DNA from: Candidatus Hydrogenedentota bacterium
Lineage (GTDB): Bacteria; Hydrogenedentota; Hydrogenedentia; Hydrogenedentales; SLHB01
Reading direction: 5' to 3'
NCBI GenBank assembly: GCA_034408725.1
Contig: JAWXCN010000121.1
Coordinates: 1-35,855, forward strand
Length of the DNA stretch: 35,855 bases
Numbering within the stretch: position 1 is the first letter of the stretch; each line of letters opens with the position of its first letter. Under the pieces are notes generated by a model. It saw only the letters and a list, made by a program, of their open reading frames with translations, searched no databases and had not been told where the DNA came from. A program made the translations under genes and the position numbers. This document shows, piece by piece, positions 17,517 to 27,453 of the stretch.

Positions 17517-18752
17517 CTACTTTCGCGCGTCGTAGTGCGTGGTGCGCGTCAGGCCGATGTCGCGGGTGACGCCTTTGTGTTGAAGGTAGTCCCAGGGGGC
17601 GAGGCCTTGTTCCGCAAATTCCTGGAGCATGGCGCGTTTTGCGATGTCGTTTTCGGGGTGTTTGGGATTCAGCTCCGCGAGCACGAGTCGCATGGCATAG
17701 ATCGCGAGTGTGTCCCGTTCTGCTTCGGGTTTGCGGGATTCAGATTTGAGGTATGCGTCGAGTTGTGTGATGAGTTGCACTTTTGGCGAAGGCGGTCCTT
17801 CGACCATGACGTAGTAAAAGTCGCGTTTGTCGAAGTTGGGAAGGCTGGCGCCACGCACGTGTTCGAGTTTGCCAGGCGCGAGCCAGACGTGGTCTGCGTC
17901 GTCTGCGACGTGATAATACCAGCCTGAATCGATCTGTATCCCGCCCTGGTCGTACGCGCCCATCGCGAAGATGACATCCAGTTCATAGGAATAGGGGAGA
18001 CGGTACCCCTGGCTCTCGCATGCGCGAATGGCCACGTCGCGCGGGACCCCCATTCGGCTTTGGTGGCCAGGGAGCGCGGGACGCAGCTCGAGTTGGGGAT
18101 GCGGATTCTCCGGTTGCGCGAACCGGTGTTTTTCATAAAAGTCGAACAGTTGAAACGCGATGTTTCTCGCGACGCTGGGGACGTTGCCCTGCGCGGTGAA
18201 ACTGATCATGCGGCCCGTGCCGATCATCGCGAAATCCGCGGTAACGCGCACGGTGTCGCCGTCGATGTTCGACCAAGTGCCCGAAGCGACGACGTCGACA
18301 TTCTCGGGGCGATCGGTTGCGGGCGCATCCGGTGCGGCGAAGTATGCGCCGTTGCACACAAGCACGCGTTGGGGTTTACCCGTCGCTTCATATTGCGCGA
18401 GGAGTGCGGACCGGAATTCCGCGGCGAAGCTGGCCTCGAGTCCTCGCGCGGCGCGGTTCAGCGTCGCGATATAGTGTCCGTCCAACGCGAGCAGAACCGC
18501 TGCCGCGTCGATAGGCTCGGCGCCGAGTTCCATCAGCGCGGCGATTTCATCGACGAACAAGCGCCGGAATTCGGTTCGCGTCGAGCCGAGTTCGGCGAAC
18601 TGGTTGTAGTCAAGGCCTTTGTCGAAATAGAACTGGTGCCAGACGCGTATTTCTTCCGAATCGCCATCCGCGAATGCAGCGGCGGAAAGCATGACGAAGG
18701 CGATCAACGATAAGCTTAAAAATCGTCGCACCGTTGTGGCTCCTTCAGACAT
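17517..18752 (-). CDS. Hypothetical secreted protein
   Basis: 411-aa ORF with signal peptide RRFLSLSLIAFVMLSAAAFA; host-like codon usage. Confidence 0.8.
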   Translation of the reverse strand: MSEGATTVRRFLSLSLIAFVMLSAAAFADGDSEEIRVWHQFYFDKGLDYNQFAELGSTRTEFRRLFVDEIAALMELGAEPIDAAAVLLALDGHYIATLNRAARGLEASFAAEFRSALLAQYEATGKPQRVLVCNGAYFAAPDAPATDRPENVDVVASGTWSNIDGDTVRVTADFAMIGTGRMISFTAQGNVPSVARNIAFQLFDFYEKHRFAQPENPHPQLELRPALPGHQSRMGVPRDVAIRACESQGYRLPYSYELDVIFAMGAYDQGGIQIDSGWYYHVADDADHVWLAPGKLEHVRGASLPNFDKRDFYYVMVEGPPSPKVQLITQLDAYLKSESRKPEAERDTLAIYAMRLVLAELNPKHPENDIAKRAMLQEFAEQGLAPWDYLQHKGVTRDIGLTRTTHYDARK

Positions 18753-18969
18753 AGCACGGACGCACCCGTTTGCCCGCGTTTAGAGACATTGCACCAATGG
18801 TTCGAGAGCAAGAACCGTTCCGGTAGCGGGAGACTGCGCGGAAGCTACGGTGCGGCAGTGGTTTAGTATCACGGAACACAACGCAAGCTAGGGCTAAACG
18901 GGAGGATCAATGCGCAATAGCTTGTCGCCAATGCCTACATTTTATGGAGACCCCGCCTCCTGTCCTATA

Positions 18970-19014
18970 TGGACTGCGGTGGCAGAGTCCGCTTCGGACG
19001 GCGCTACCGCTTTG
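18970..19014. repeat. REP-like hairpin, family 3 (TGGACTGCGGTGGC...GCTACCGCTTTG)
   Basis: Imperfect palindrome; related inverted element CAAAGCGGCG..GCCGCATTCCAA at 29477-29503. Confidence 0.55.
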
Positions 19015-19087
19015 CTCTCGAACCCACCTGCGGATAACAGTGCGAAGTCGTCCTTCGCCTACGTCCCAAGCCGCGTTCCGGCGTTAC

Positions 19088-19990
19088 TCATTCAGCTGAG
19101 CGCTTCGCGAGCCGCTTCTGCAGCGCTTTTCCAAGTTCCCGGATTGCGCTCGCCCGCGGGTACGTTTTTCGCCAGGCGATAACAATCTCGCGGGTTGGCG
19201 CGGGCTCCACGAAAGGCCTGATGGCCACGAGCGAACTGTTTGCGTGCGCGGACGTCGTGCTGAGCTCCGGCAGAAACGAGCAGCCCATGCCCGCGGCAAC
19301 CATTTGGCGTAGGCTTTCTATGGTCGATGCGCGGTACTCATCGACGATATTGTTCCGCGGGCCTTTGCATAGTTCCAGCGTTTGATCGCGCATGCAGTTG
19401 CCTTCTTCGAGCAACAGCAGATTCTCCCCGGCCAAGTCCGCGAGGCGCAACCGCTCGCGCGCGGCAAGCCGATGAGCGCCCGGTAGCGCGGCAACGAATT
19501 TTTCGACGTAGAATACTTCATAGTCTACCGTGTGATCATCGAGCGGCAGCGAGAGAATCGCGGCGTCCAGTTTTCCGCGCCGCATGCGTTCGAGCAGGCG
19601 GGCCGTGGTTTCTTCGCGCAGGTACAACTCAAGCTTTGGGTGTAGCCGCCGCAACTTGGGCAGAATATACGGCAGCAAGTACGGGCCAACCGTTGGAATG
19701 ACCCCTAGGTAAAACGGACCCGTAAGACCCGTCGCCGGCTGTCGCGCGGATTCCTGCAATCGCCGGACTTCCGCGAGGATCGTTTCCGCATGCACTGCAA
19801 CACGCTGGCCCGTATCAGTAAGGATCACGCGGCGATTGGTGCGCTCGAACAGCGGCGCGCCGAGTTCCTGCTCAAGCTTGGCGATCTGCATGCTCAGCGT
19901 GGGTTGCGAGACGTGGCACAGGCCGGCGGCTTGGCCGAAATGCCGTGTTTCGGAGAGTGCAACGACGTACTGGAGATCACGCAATGTCAT
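19088..19990 (-). CDS. oxyR: LysR-family peroxide sensor OxyR
   Basis: MTLRDLQYVVAL..HFGQAA..CHVSQPTLS, LGVIPTVGPYLLP, LEEGNCMRDQTLELC with both redox cysteines (C199/C208 equivalents); divergent from catalase. Confidence 0.92.
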   Translation of the reverse strand: MTLRDLQYVVALSETRHFGQAAGLCHVSQPTLSMQIAKLEQELGAPLFERTNRRVILTDTGQRVAVHAETILAEVRRLQESARQPATGLTGPFYLGVIPTVGPYLLPYILPKLRRLHPKLELYLREETTARLLERMRRGKLDAAILSLPLDDHTVDYEVFYVEKFVAALPGAHRLAARERLRLADLAGENLLLLEEGNCMRDQTLELCKGPRNNIVDEYRASTIESLRQMVAAGMGCSFLPELSTTSAHANSSLVAIRPFVEPAPTREIVIAWRKTYPRASAIRELGKALQKRLAKRSAE

Positions 19991-20004
19991 GGCGTTGTCC
20001 AATC

Positions 20005-20041
20005 ATTAGTACAAGCTATCAATATAATATAAATAATCGAT
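20005..20041. promoter_or_regulatory. Putative OxyR binding site
   Basis: ATTA-N7-CTAT-N7-ATAT-N7-CGAT versus the consensus ATAG-N7-CTAT-N7-ATAG-N7-CTAT, in the oxyR-katA intergenic region. Confidence 0.65.
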
Positions 20042-20147
20042 TAGACTTATCGCAACCGTTGCGGCAAACTCTTGTTGAAGCCAGTCGCGGGGGAAATCCT
20101 GCAACCGGTTTCTGGGGTGCAACAACGATAACGAGGAGTTTGGACGC

Positions 20148-21632
20148 ATGGCGGAGAAAGATCGCGCGCAATTGACCACGGCGGCGGGTATTCCGGTTGG
20201 GGATAATCAGAATTCAATCACGGCGGGTCCTCGCGGCCCGGTGTTGATGCAGGACTTCCACCTCATCGAGAAGATGGCCCACTTCAACCGCGAGCGCATT
20301 CCCGAGCGCGTGGTGCATGCGAAAGGCGCGGGCGCGTACGGCAAGTTCACGGTCACGAAAGACATCACGAAGTATTCTAAGGCGAAGGTGTTCGAGAAGA
20401 TTGGCAAAGAGACCGAACTGCTAATCCGGTTTTCAACCGTCGGCGGCGAAAAAGGTTCAGCGGATTCCGCGCGCGACCCCCGTGGGTTCGCGGTGAAGTT
20501 CTATACCGAAGAAGGCAACTGGGACCTCGTGGGCAATAACACGCCGGTGTTTTTCATCCGCGATCCATCCAAGTTCAGCGATTTCATTCACACGCAGAAG
20601 CGGTGCCCGATCAGCAACCTCAAGCCGCCCGTGATGATGTGGGACTTCTGGTCGCTCAGCCCCGAAGCGCTTCACCAGGTGACGACGTTGTTCAGCGATC
20701 GCGGCACGCCGCGGAGCTACCGTCACATGCACGGGTTCGGCAGCCACACATTCAGTCTGATCAACGCGAAGAACGAACGCATCTGGTGCAAGTTCCACAT
20801 GAAGACGAAACAGGGCATCCAGAATTTTAACAACGAAGAGTCCATTGAAATGGCGGGCAAAGACCCCGAACAGGCGACGCGCGATTTGTTCGAAGCGATC
20901 GAGCGCGGCGAGTTTCCGCAGTGGACAATGTACATCCAAGTGATGACCGACGCGCAGGTGGACACGTGCCCGTTCAATCCCTTCGATCTGACGAAGGTAT
21001 GGCCGCATGGCGATTTCCCGTTGATTGAAGTAGGCGTACTCGAACTGAATCGCAATCCGCAAAACTACCACGTCGAGATCGAACAGTCCGCATTCGCCCC
21101 GGCGAACGTGCCGCCCGGCATCAGCTTCTCGCCCGACAAGATGCTTCAGGGCCGGCTGCTCTCGTATCCCGATGCGCACCGATACCGGTTGGGCGTGAAC
21201 TATGAATCATTGCCGTCGAACCGCCCGCGTTGCCCTGTCCGAAATTACCATCGCGACGGCGCGATGCGCTTCGAGATTCCGGAGCACGGCGGCGCGCCGA
21301 ACTACGAGCCAAACAGTTTCGGCGGGCCCGTCGAAGATGCGCGCTACATCGAGCCCCCGTTCCCCGTCGGCGGCGATGGCGCGCGCTACGATCATCGCGT
21401 AGGCAACGACGATTACACCCAGGCAGGAAACCTGTTCCGCTTGCTGAAGCCAGACGAGAAAGATCGGCTCATAAGCAATATCGCCGGCGCAATGCAGCCC
21501 GTCGCGCGCGATATCCAACTTCGCATGCTGTGCCATTTCTACCGCGCAGACCCCGCTTACGGCGAAGGCATTGCGAAGGGTCTTGGCATCGACGTAACTC
21601 AATTAGAGACCGCGGAATTGGCCGCGAAATAG
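20148..21632 (+). CDS. katA: Monofunctional heme catalase (small subunit)
   Basis: [82 protein letters not shown]. Confidence 0.97.
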   Translation: MAEKDRAQLTTAAGIPVGDNQNSITAGPRGPVLMQDFHLIEKMAHFNRERIPERVVHAKGAGAYGKFTVTKDITKYSKAKVFEKIGKETELLIRFSTVGGEKGSADSARDPRGFAVKFYTEEGNWDLVGNNTPVFFIRDPSKFSDFIHTQKRCPISNLKPPVMMWDFWSLSPEALHQVTTLFSDRGTPRSYRHMHGFGSHTFSLINAKNERIWCKFHMKTKQGIQNFNNEESIEMAGKDPEQATRDLFEAIERGEFPQWTMYIQVMTDAQVDTCPFNPFDLTKVWPHGDFPLIEVGVLELNRNPQNYHVEIEQSAFAPANVPPGISFSPDKMLQGRLLSYPDAHRYRLGVNYESLPSNRPRCPVRNYHRDGAMRFEIPEHGGAPNYEPNSFGGPVEDARYIEPPFPVGGDGARYDHRVGNDDYTQAGNLFRLLKPDEKDRLISNIAGAMQPVARDIQLRMLCHFYRADPAYGEGIAKGLGIDVTQLETAELAAK

Positions 21633-21650
21633 AGTTCCCTCCCCGCTCCC

Positions 21651-21715
21651 TTCGTCTTCCCCAAAAGACGAAACGGGCCGCCGCGCACCCCACGCGGCGG
21701 CCCGAGTTCCGTTTA
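21651..21715 (+). terminator. Hairpins after katA (probable terminator)
   Basis: TTCGTCTT-CCCCAA-AAGACGAA, then GGGCCGCCGCG-CACCCCA-CGCGGCGGCCC (21675-21703). Confidence 0.6.
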
Positions 21716-21796
21716 TTGAGCCTGCCCTGGCTGATAAGCGACGGCAGAATTACAATTACATTGCCAGCGATAACCGGTTCTCGTATACTTTGTTAC

Positions 21797-22015
21797 ATGA
21801 CTTATTCCGGCAAAATAAAAGATGGTGTCGTCGTGCTGCCGCCTGATGCGCAAATTCCAGAAGGCGCTGAGGTAAAAGTCCAGTTTGAGCCTGCGCCCGA
21901 ATTCGATCCGTTCGTTGATGCGGCGCGCAAGGTCGCGAAACCGCGCCCACACTGGCCAGACGATTACGTTGTTAATCACGGCCATTACGTGAGTGGAGAA
22001 CCCAAGAAAAAGTGA
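21797..22015 (+). CDS. Small antitoxin-like protein (DUF104/AbrB-like N-terminus)
   Basis: MTYSGKIKDGVVVLPPDAQIPEGAEVKV...PDDYVVNHGHYVSGEPKK; overlaps a PIN gene. Confidence 0.75.
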   Translation: MTYSGKIKDGVVVLPPDAQIPEGAEVKVQFEPAPEFDPFVDAARKVAKPRPHWPDDYVVNHGHYVSGEPKKK

Positions 22016-22308
22016 CGAACGCAATCTTTGCGGATACGTCATTTTACCTTGCGCTGATGCGCGCAGACGACCCTGCACATCTAGTAGCGGAGTCCGAAGC
22101 GAGAATAATACGGCCAATAATTACCACTGAGTTTATTATTCTGGAATTGGGAAACGCCTTGTTGTCGTGCCGCCGATCACGAAGATTTCCTGACGCTTGT
22201 CAAAGGAATGCGCGCAAGCACTCGCATTAGGGTCATTCCATTGGATTCGGAACTGCTGAAGCGTGGCTTGCAACGACAGGGTTTCGAGCGCTTTTGCGAA
22301 CGGACTAA
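22012..22308 (+). pseudogene. VapC-like PIN toxin pseudogene (frameshift plus internal deletion)
   Basis: IFADTSFYLAL...TTEFIILELGNA; shifts frame near 22159 to CRAADHEDFLTLVKGMRASTRIRVIPLDSELLKRGL; then jumps to the terminal GFRALLRTD*, lacking the SLTDC...ALT.D.HF segment. Confidence 0.8.
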
Positions 22309-22406
22309 TTCAAAACCCAACAGCAGCCGTCTATAGCAACAAACTGCCAAACACCTTTCGGCTGCCCAGCGGCGATTGATTCCAATCGCCCACTGAATTT
22401 CTTCAA

Positions 22407-22452
22407 GGGACTGTCACCGATTTCGCCTCAAAGCGAAAGCGGTAGCTGTCCC
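22407..22452. repeat. REP-like elements, family 2 (GGGACTGTCACC / GGTAGCTGTCCC)
   Basis: Related motifs at 27367-27379 and four copies within 30696-30795. Confidence 0.6.
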
Positions 22453-22494
22453 TGGCCGACGTAGTGGTCGGCGTGACACACGTCGAACCCGCTG

Positions 22495-22531
22495 GGGCCG
22501 CCGCGCACCCCACGCGGCGGCCCATATTTTT
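22495..22531. terminator. GC hairpin identical to 21675-21703, followed by a T-run
   Basis: GGGCCGCCGCGCACCCCACGCGGCGGCCC then ATATTTTT, between convergent genes. Confidence 0.65.
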
Positions 22532-22538
22532 CAATTGA

Positions 22539-23879
22539 TCAATGCACGCGCGAAACGCGCTCGGCGAGAAAGTTGATGATCTCCGCATCACTTTTATTTA
22601 CTTCCGCGGTTGCGCGCTCCGTTAGAGTTTGCGGCGAAGCGGCGGTAAAGGTCACGCCATCCGTGAGCATGCTCTCCAGCAGACGCTTGCGCTCCCATAG
22701 ATCGCGAAACCCTTCCGCGCTCGCGCTGGCATCGAAGTCTTCGGGCTTGTTTGGCTCGGTATTTGCAGTCGCATTGCCGCCTAAAAGAAACGCCGATAAT
22801 TCAGCCTGCTCTTTCGGGCTTTGCTTAATTCCTATGTGGAGAAATTTTGTGTTGGTATCCCCTGTATGACAACCGTTGCACGTATTGAACGAAAGCACGC
22901 GCACTGCGTCAGCGTTCTCCCCGGTGGCCTTCCACTTGTCACCCGGATTTGCATGCACCGATCCCGCGAGAAAACGATTGCCGCGGAAATACTCTGGGGC
23001 GTAATGCGCGTGGTTTAACAACCGCTTTTCGTTCACCTGCACGTAGTCAATGAGCAGACCCTTATTATTCAGTTTATTCTGCGGCGTCTGTTTCGAGGTG
23101 ACGAGTTTGAGCTCGTTCATCGTGAAGTTGAACTCGCGCAATTCCCACGGGTCGCCAAGCGCGATCTCATTGGTCCGCAGTTGGTTCAGCACCACATTCC
23201 CCGCCGCAAACCTGTCGGTGACCGCGTTAACTTTTTTAAGGTAATCAGGAGTCGAAAGTCCCGGATCGCCCAAGTCGTGCCAATAGTTCGCCCACTGCGT
23301 CACTTCCGATTCGGTGGCGGCTTGCAAACTGTATTCAAAAATTACCGTAAACGGCAGCGGCGCGCCTTTCGGAAAACCATCGGCGTCCAAATCCACCGTA
23401 TCCGATTTGAATACACCGAACACGAAGCGTCCTTCACCCGCGTCATGAATTCGCCCGCCGACAATGTGACGCAGATCCATTCGGTTCACGATGGCGAGGA
23501 GACGAAAGGGAGCATTCGCGAGGTTCGGGTCCCACGTGTCGAAATCCAATGTGGTGTGGCCGTCCCGCTTCATCCAAGGAACGATAACTTCGGGGTCTAT
23601 CCCCGGACGCGCGGCAACCTTGACCCCCAGGACGTCCTGTTCGCTTCTCCACGTCGCAAGCCATTGCTTGGTAATCAGTTTCGGGTTGCTGCCCGCCGTA
23701 ACCGCGAGATCTTTTACCAGTTTCTCGAACGTCCACGGCCCGCCTGGCTTCGCGAGGTGTGAGCCGACAAAATCGCCGTGTACAATCATGAGTTCCTTGA
23801 AGACGTTTACTTCGCGCGCGTGTACCGCGCAAGTCAGCGTAACTAACGCACCGAGCATGATCGAAATTGGACGGTTCAT
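22539..23879 (-). CDS. Secreted hypothetical protein with a single CxxCH (putative c-type cytochrome)
   Basis: GGAGG RBS; signal peptide MNRPISIMLGALVTLTCAVHA; SFNTCNGCHTG; blocks APFRLLAIVNRMDLR, GEGRFVFG, QLRTNEIAL..PWELREF. Confidence 0.8.
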   Translation of the reverse strand: MNRPISIMLGALVTLTCAVHAREVNVFKELMIVHGDFVGSHLAKPGGPWTFEKLVKDLAVTAGSNPKLITKQWLATWRSEQDVLGVKVAARPGIDPEVIVPWMKRDGHTTLDFDTWDPNLANAPFRLLAIVNRMDLRHIVGGRIHDAGEGRFVFGVFKSDTVDLDADGFPKGAPLPFTVIFEYSLQAATESEVTQWANYWHDLGDPGLSTPDYLKKVNAVTDRFAAGNVVLNQLRTNEIALGDPWELREFNFTMNELKLVTSKQTPQNKLNNKGLLIDYVQVNEKRLLNHAHYAPEYFRGNRFLAGSVHANPGDKWKATGENADAVRVLSFNTCNGCHTGDTNTKFLHIGIKQSPKEQAELSAFLLGGNATANTEPNKPEDFDASASAEGFRDLWERKRLLESMLTDGVTFTAASPQTLTERATAEVNKSDAEIINFLAERVSRVH

Positions 23880-24039
23880 GGTTTCGCCTCCCTGTTGCGA
23901 CATAAGTTCACCCGCCACAGTGAGTGCAATTTATGTTCCATCCGCCGGGTTGTTGTGGGATAAGATGTTAAGCAAACGCGGAAGAGAGTTGGTTCAGGTT
24001 CTTTACATTCGAAGTGTAAATAAAGTGAACTAAAGCGTC

Positions 24040-24489
24040 ATGGCCAAAGCAATAAAGAAGTCGAGCCGGCAGTACCTAGTGCATGCGCTGGCGGTGTGCT
24101 GGGCCTCGCCTAATTCCGTCATTGGGCATGCCATGGGATGGTATGGCGCGTCCAGTCGCGCACAGTTCCCCGACGGCATCACCGAATACTACGACAATCC
24201 GATTCTGAATAGGCTCCGTATCAGCGCGATCACGTTCGGAAACACCATCAACCACGCCACCGGCGTGGACCCTGAAACGCCGTGGCCGCGCTACGATTGC
24301 GCCTGCGACGTCACCAGCCTGCGCGCGCACGAATGCGCGCATGTGCGGCAATACCGATGGTGGGGGCCGTTCTTCATCCCCGCGTATCTGATTGCGGAAG
24401 CGTGGGCGCGAACTTTCGGAAATGGAATCAATGCGTTTGAAAATGCCGCTGATGATGCGTGTACGGAGGCGAGGAAGGAGGACGTTTGA
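24040..24489 (+). CDS. Hypothetical protein with HExxH zincin-like motif
   Basis: AITFGNTI...LRAHECAHVRQYRWWGPFFIPAYL...NAFE. Confidence 0.7.
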   Translation: MAKAIKKSSRQYLVHALAVCWASPNSVIGHAMGWYGASSRAQFPDGITEYYDNPILNRLRISAITFGNTINHATGVDPETPWPRYDCACDVTSLRAHECAHVRQYRWWGPFFIPAYLIAEAWARTFGNGINAFENAADDACTEARKEDV

Positions 24490-24509
24490 ACCACGCGGAG
24501 CATGAGAAA

Positions 24510-24671
24510 TCAAATATTGATTTGAAAATAAGTATCGATGAAATGTACGCCGTTACGCTTCAGGAAGAACACAACAAGTATGACCGAAACTACGAGTAGC
24601 ACAAAGAGTATTGCCGCAATGCTGCCTATCAACTTGTAAGCAGATGATCTTCCGTTTTTATATTGTTTCAT
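24510..24671 (-). CDS. Small single-TM protein or gene fragment
   Basis: MKQYKNGRSSAYKLIGSIAAILFVLLVVSVILVVFFLKRNG...; AT-rich. Confidence 0.35.
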   Translation of the reverse strand: MKQYKNGRSSAYKLIGSIAAILFVLLVVSVILVVFFLKRNGVHFIDTYFQINI

Positions 24672-24700
24672 GGTGGTTGTCTTCCGAGTGAAAATCAGTA

Positions 24701-25174
24701 TTATTCTGATGCACACTCGGGAAATCGTTCGTAATGTATCACATCCGTGGAAACACGCTGAAAGAATATTTTTGCGAACAGACAACCCCAAAAATCGCTC
24801 CAAGTATGGGTATAACACAGGCCTTCCACATTGATGGTGATTCTGGAACGAATAGTGCGGCCTTTTGCGGAATAGACGGTGTCGGATACACTGCCTGCGA
24901 GAACGGATGCAACGAATGCTTTTATCAGTTCAGTGGTCCAATTCAAGTCTTGAGACTCAAATCTGCCATTTTGTCCGAGGTGAATACTCACGCGCGCATG
25001 CGGTTCTATCATGATCCAAAGCTGGCAAAACGAGTCGGACTTCGGAATTATCGAGATTTCCAGACACCCGTCTTTGGATGTCCACTTTGTCGTAGCTGCG
25101 CTAGGGCAAACCTTTTTCGTCTTGGCGACAAATGCGTCCAATGTTTTTGCCTGAAAGTTGTCTAATTCCAACAT
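24701..25174 (-). CDS. Hypothetical protein, paralog B (157 aa)
   Basis: Colinear with 28944-29417; 122/157 identical by manual count. Confidence 0.85.
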   Translation of the reverse strand: MLELDNFQAKTLDAFVAKTKKVCPSAATTKWTSKDGCLEISIIPKSDSFCQLWIMIEPHARVSIHLGQNGRFESQDLNWTTELIKAFVASVLAGSVSDTVYSAKGRTIRSRITINVEGLCYTHTWSDFWGCLFAKIFFQRVSTDVIHYERFPECASE

Positions 25175-25312
25175 TTCAAATCCAGTATTGAGCGGTCAAC
25201 GGGGAGAAGGACGTGGCGGCCGTTTGCATTTAATTTTGCTGCGAAACGAATGGCTTGCGGGCTGGCGAGTATCCACGGCAGAGCAGCTACACCCCCCGTA
25301 ATGCGACGCGGC

Positions 25313-26518
25313 CTATTGCACGATGTGCGATGCAAGCAATTTTCGGCTGCGCAGTTCCTCGCGCAGGGATTCGAAGACGCGTGTATCAATGTTTTTATGT
25401 TCTATGGCGTCGTCGTGCATGGCGAGTAGAGCGTTGCCGATATCCTCACCGGGAACTTCGGAGATAATCTTCATCAACTCCGGGGTGAGCTGCATTGGGC
25501 GGCGTTGAGAGGGCGATCCTCCGTGGGTGATGGTTCGCACACAGAAGAGTTCGATGAGTCTTTCGTCGCGGTCGTCAGGGGAAATCAGGACCGCGTTTAC
25601 GAGCGGCTCGCGCAGATCGTAGTCGTCTATCCAGTACGAATCGCCCATGCCCGTGGCGGAAATCGAATCGGAGACGACTTGCCAAAGCATGTCCGCGTCG
25701 GACGGTTTGGCCAAAGGCTGAAACCGCTTCAATGCCTCCATCCGAAAGGCCCTGTTGCCGGGATTCGATGCGTCGCCGAAACGGGCGATGGCCTCAACGA
25801 GGACGGCGGGCAAGTTTTCGGAAGCGTGTTCCGTAGAGATCATGCGCAATGCGAACGATGACTGCTCGATAGTGCCCTTACGGAGCATTTCCTCGATATT
25901 GGAAAACGGATTTTCGAACCGAATCTTCAGCACGTTGCTTGTAACCGTGAACCGGGGCACCTTGCCCAGAAGCGCTCCGAATTTGAGCTGCGCCACCTTC
26001 TGTTGCGTTGGGGTGAGCGGACCGCCGTGCCACGCATTGACGTCGGGGTCGTCGGTCGAATAGATGAGTTGAATTGTATACTCGCCGGGGCCGCGGTCGA
26101 GCGCGGTAGGGGACGGACCGCCCCATTCTCCGTAGACGTCGAAGCGTTCATTGGCTTGCACGATTGTGAAATCCGTTACCAGTAGGGGATTGGTGTTACC
26201 ACACCGGCCATATTGGACTTCCGGGAGCGCATCCGGAGGCGCCGCAACGGTGAACTTCACCAGCGGATACCGCCCGCTGTCCGAGCCGTCGAGGGCGGGA
26301 ACGAGCGCAATGGTTTGGCCGGATCGGTTTGTCAGGGTGGCGGTGATTTTGGGTTGTTCGCCGATGGCATAGACGGGCTTGTCCGAGGCAAGCACAAGTT
26401 CGAGCTGTTCCGGCGGAAGATGCGTGCGCACGTTCGGCGCCGCGAAGGTCCATCCGGCGTAGAGGGCGAGTGCGAGCGCGATGCCGAATCCAAGCGGGAA
26501 TGCGCGGCGACGTGGCAT
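25313..26518 (-). CDS. Secreted hypothetical protein with N-terminal Ig-like domain and helical C-terminus
   Basis: GGAGG RBS; signal peptide; LELVLASDKPVYAIGEQPKITATLTNRS...PGEYTIQLIY. Confidence 0.75.
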   Translation of the reverse strand: MPRRRAFPLGFGIALALALYAGWTFAAPNVRTHLPPEQLELVLASDKPVYAIGEQPKITATLTNRSGQTIALVPALDGSDSGRYPLVKFTVAAPPDALPEVQYGRCGNTNPLLVTDFTIVQANERFDVYGEWGGPSPTALDRGPGEYTIQLIYSTDDPDVNAWHGGPLTPTQQKVAQLKFGALLGKVPRFTVTSNVLKIRFENPFSNIEEMLRKGTIEQSSFALRMISTEHASENLPAVLVEAIARFGDASNPGNRAFRMEALKRFQPLAKPSDADMLWQVVSDSISATGMGDSYWIDDYDLREPLVNAVLISPDDRDERLIELFCVRTITHGGSPSQRRPMQLTPELMKIISEVPGEDIGNALLAMHDDAIEHKNIDTRVFESLREELRSRKLLASHIVQ

Positions 26519-26643
26519 GAGCTGTCCTCCCCAGAGTGATTCTACCAATACAATATATTATAGGACACTGCCGATGTCCGGAAGTTCGAAGCATTCCAAA
26601 TTCGCGCGCGACAGGCTTCTAATGATTTATTTGCATCCACGCG

Positions 26644-26700
26644 CTCCTTTTTTCCCGCATGAATATTACGCTTCTTCGTAGGTCTTTTTCAGGTTCGCGA
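26644..26700 (-). pseudogene. Remnant of VOC gene 3' end plus downstream RBS
   Basis: 47/57 nt identical to 29694-29750; encodes ANLKKTYEEA* versus ATLKKAYEEA*. Confidence 0.75.
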
Positions 26701-26788
26701 AATCACGCTTTCATTTGAGGCATACCTCGGGAGCAAGTGCTGTCGTTATGCGGTAGGATATCGTCTATCGTGCGCGCGTCGCGTGTGT

Positions 26789-27235
26789 TCATTGCCCAAA
26801 TTGGCGCAGGTGGTGATCGAAGTGCTTATGACAGAAAACTCCCCATTCGCGTCCCGCCATCGCGCCGAAGATTGCGTGTTGTGCCCAAGACCCATTCGAA
26901 TCCCGCGCCGCAAACCGCTCGACCAGCCCGACGAGCGTATTGACGTCGTTGTCCCAATCGGAAGGCTTCGTCACGAACGCCTCCGGTGGCCCGATCAACC
27001 GGCCTTTCGGCCAAGGCACGACATAAATTGCGAGGTACTTGATTGGAGGCCAACGACGGAAATCGCGAATGGGCGCTGCCGTCGCATCGCCGAGAGTGTG
27101 GCGCATCTGGTCCGTCAAATGCGCGACCATCTCGGGTGCGGTCATGCGGCCCCACTTGCGGGACGAGTCGGGCGCGAGCGCGCGAATGCGCCGGACAAGG
27201 TCTTCGCGGGTGTGCAGATCGAACATGCTGGGCAT
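26789..27235 (-). CDS. DUF1569 / DinB-superfamily protein
   Basis: RIRAL.PDS.RKWGRMTAPEMVAHL, HAIFGAM...EWG....KHFDHHLRQFG; GGAGG RBS. Confidence 0.85.
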   Translation of the reverse strand: MPSMFDLHTREDLVRRIRALAPDSSRKWGRMTAPEMVAHLTDQMRHTLGDATAAPIRDFRRWPPIKYLAIYVVPWPKGRLIGPPEAFVTKPSDWDNDVNTLVGLVERFAARDSNGSWAQHAIFGAMAGREWGVFCHKHFDHHLRQFGQ

Positions 27236-27453
27236 ATCAAGGCCTCCAAATTGGGAAGAACCATTATATGCCACTATTAGCGGGGTAAGCCGCGTATTCT
27301 ATGGCCTGCGGGTCGTAGCGTCAAGGAAGGGTACGGGAAAAAGAATCGAAAAAGATCAATAAAATAGGTAGCTGTCCCCTGTTTTGTCCTTTTGCATACA
27401 TTCTTCCGAGGCTGGCAACCGGCGCTCTGCGGCTACGGTAGATGCGTTTGGTG

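Noticed and set aside
21230-22015. 261-aa ORF overlapping the katA 3' end
   Set aside because: Only the last 72 codons from ATG 21797 look like a real antitoxin; the rest is an alternate frame of katA and its terminator.
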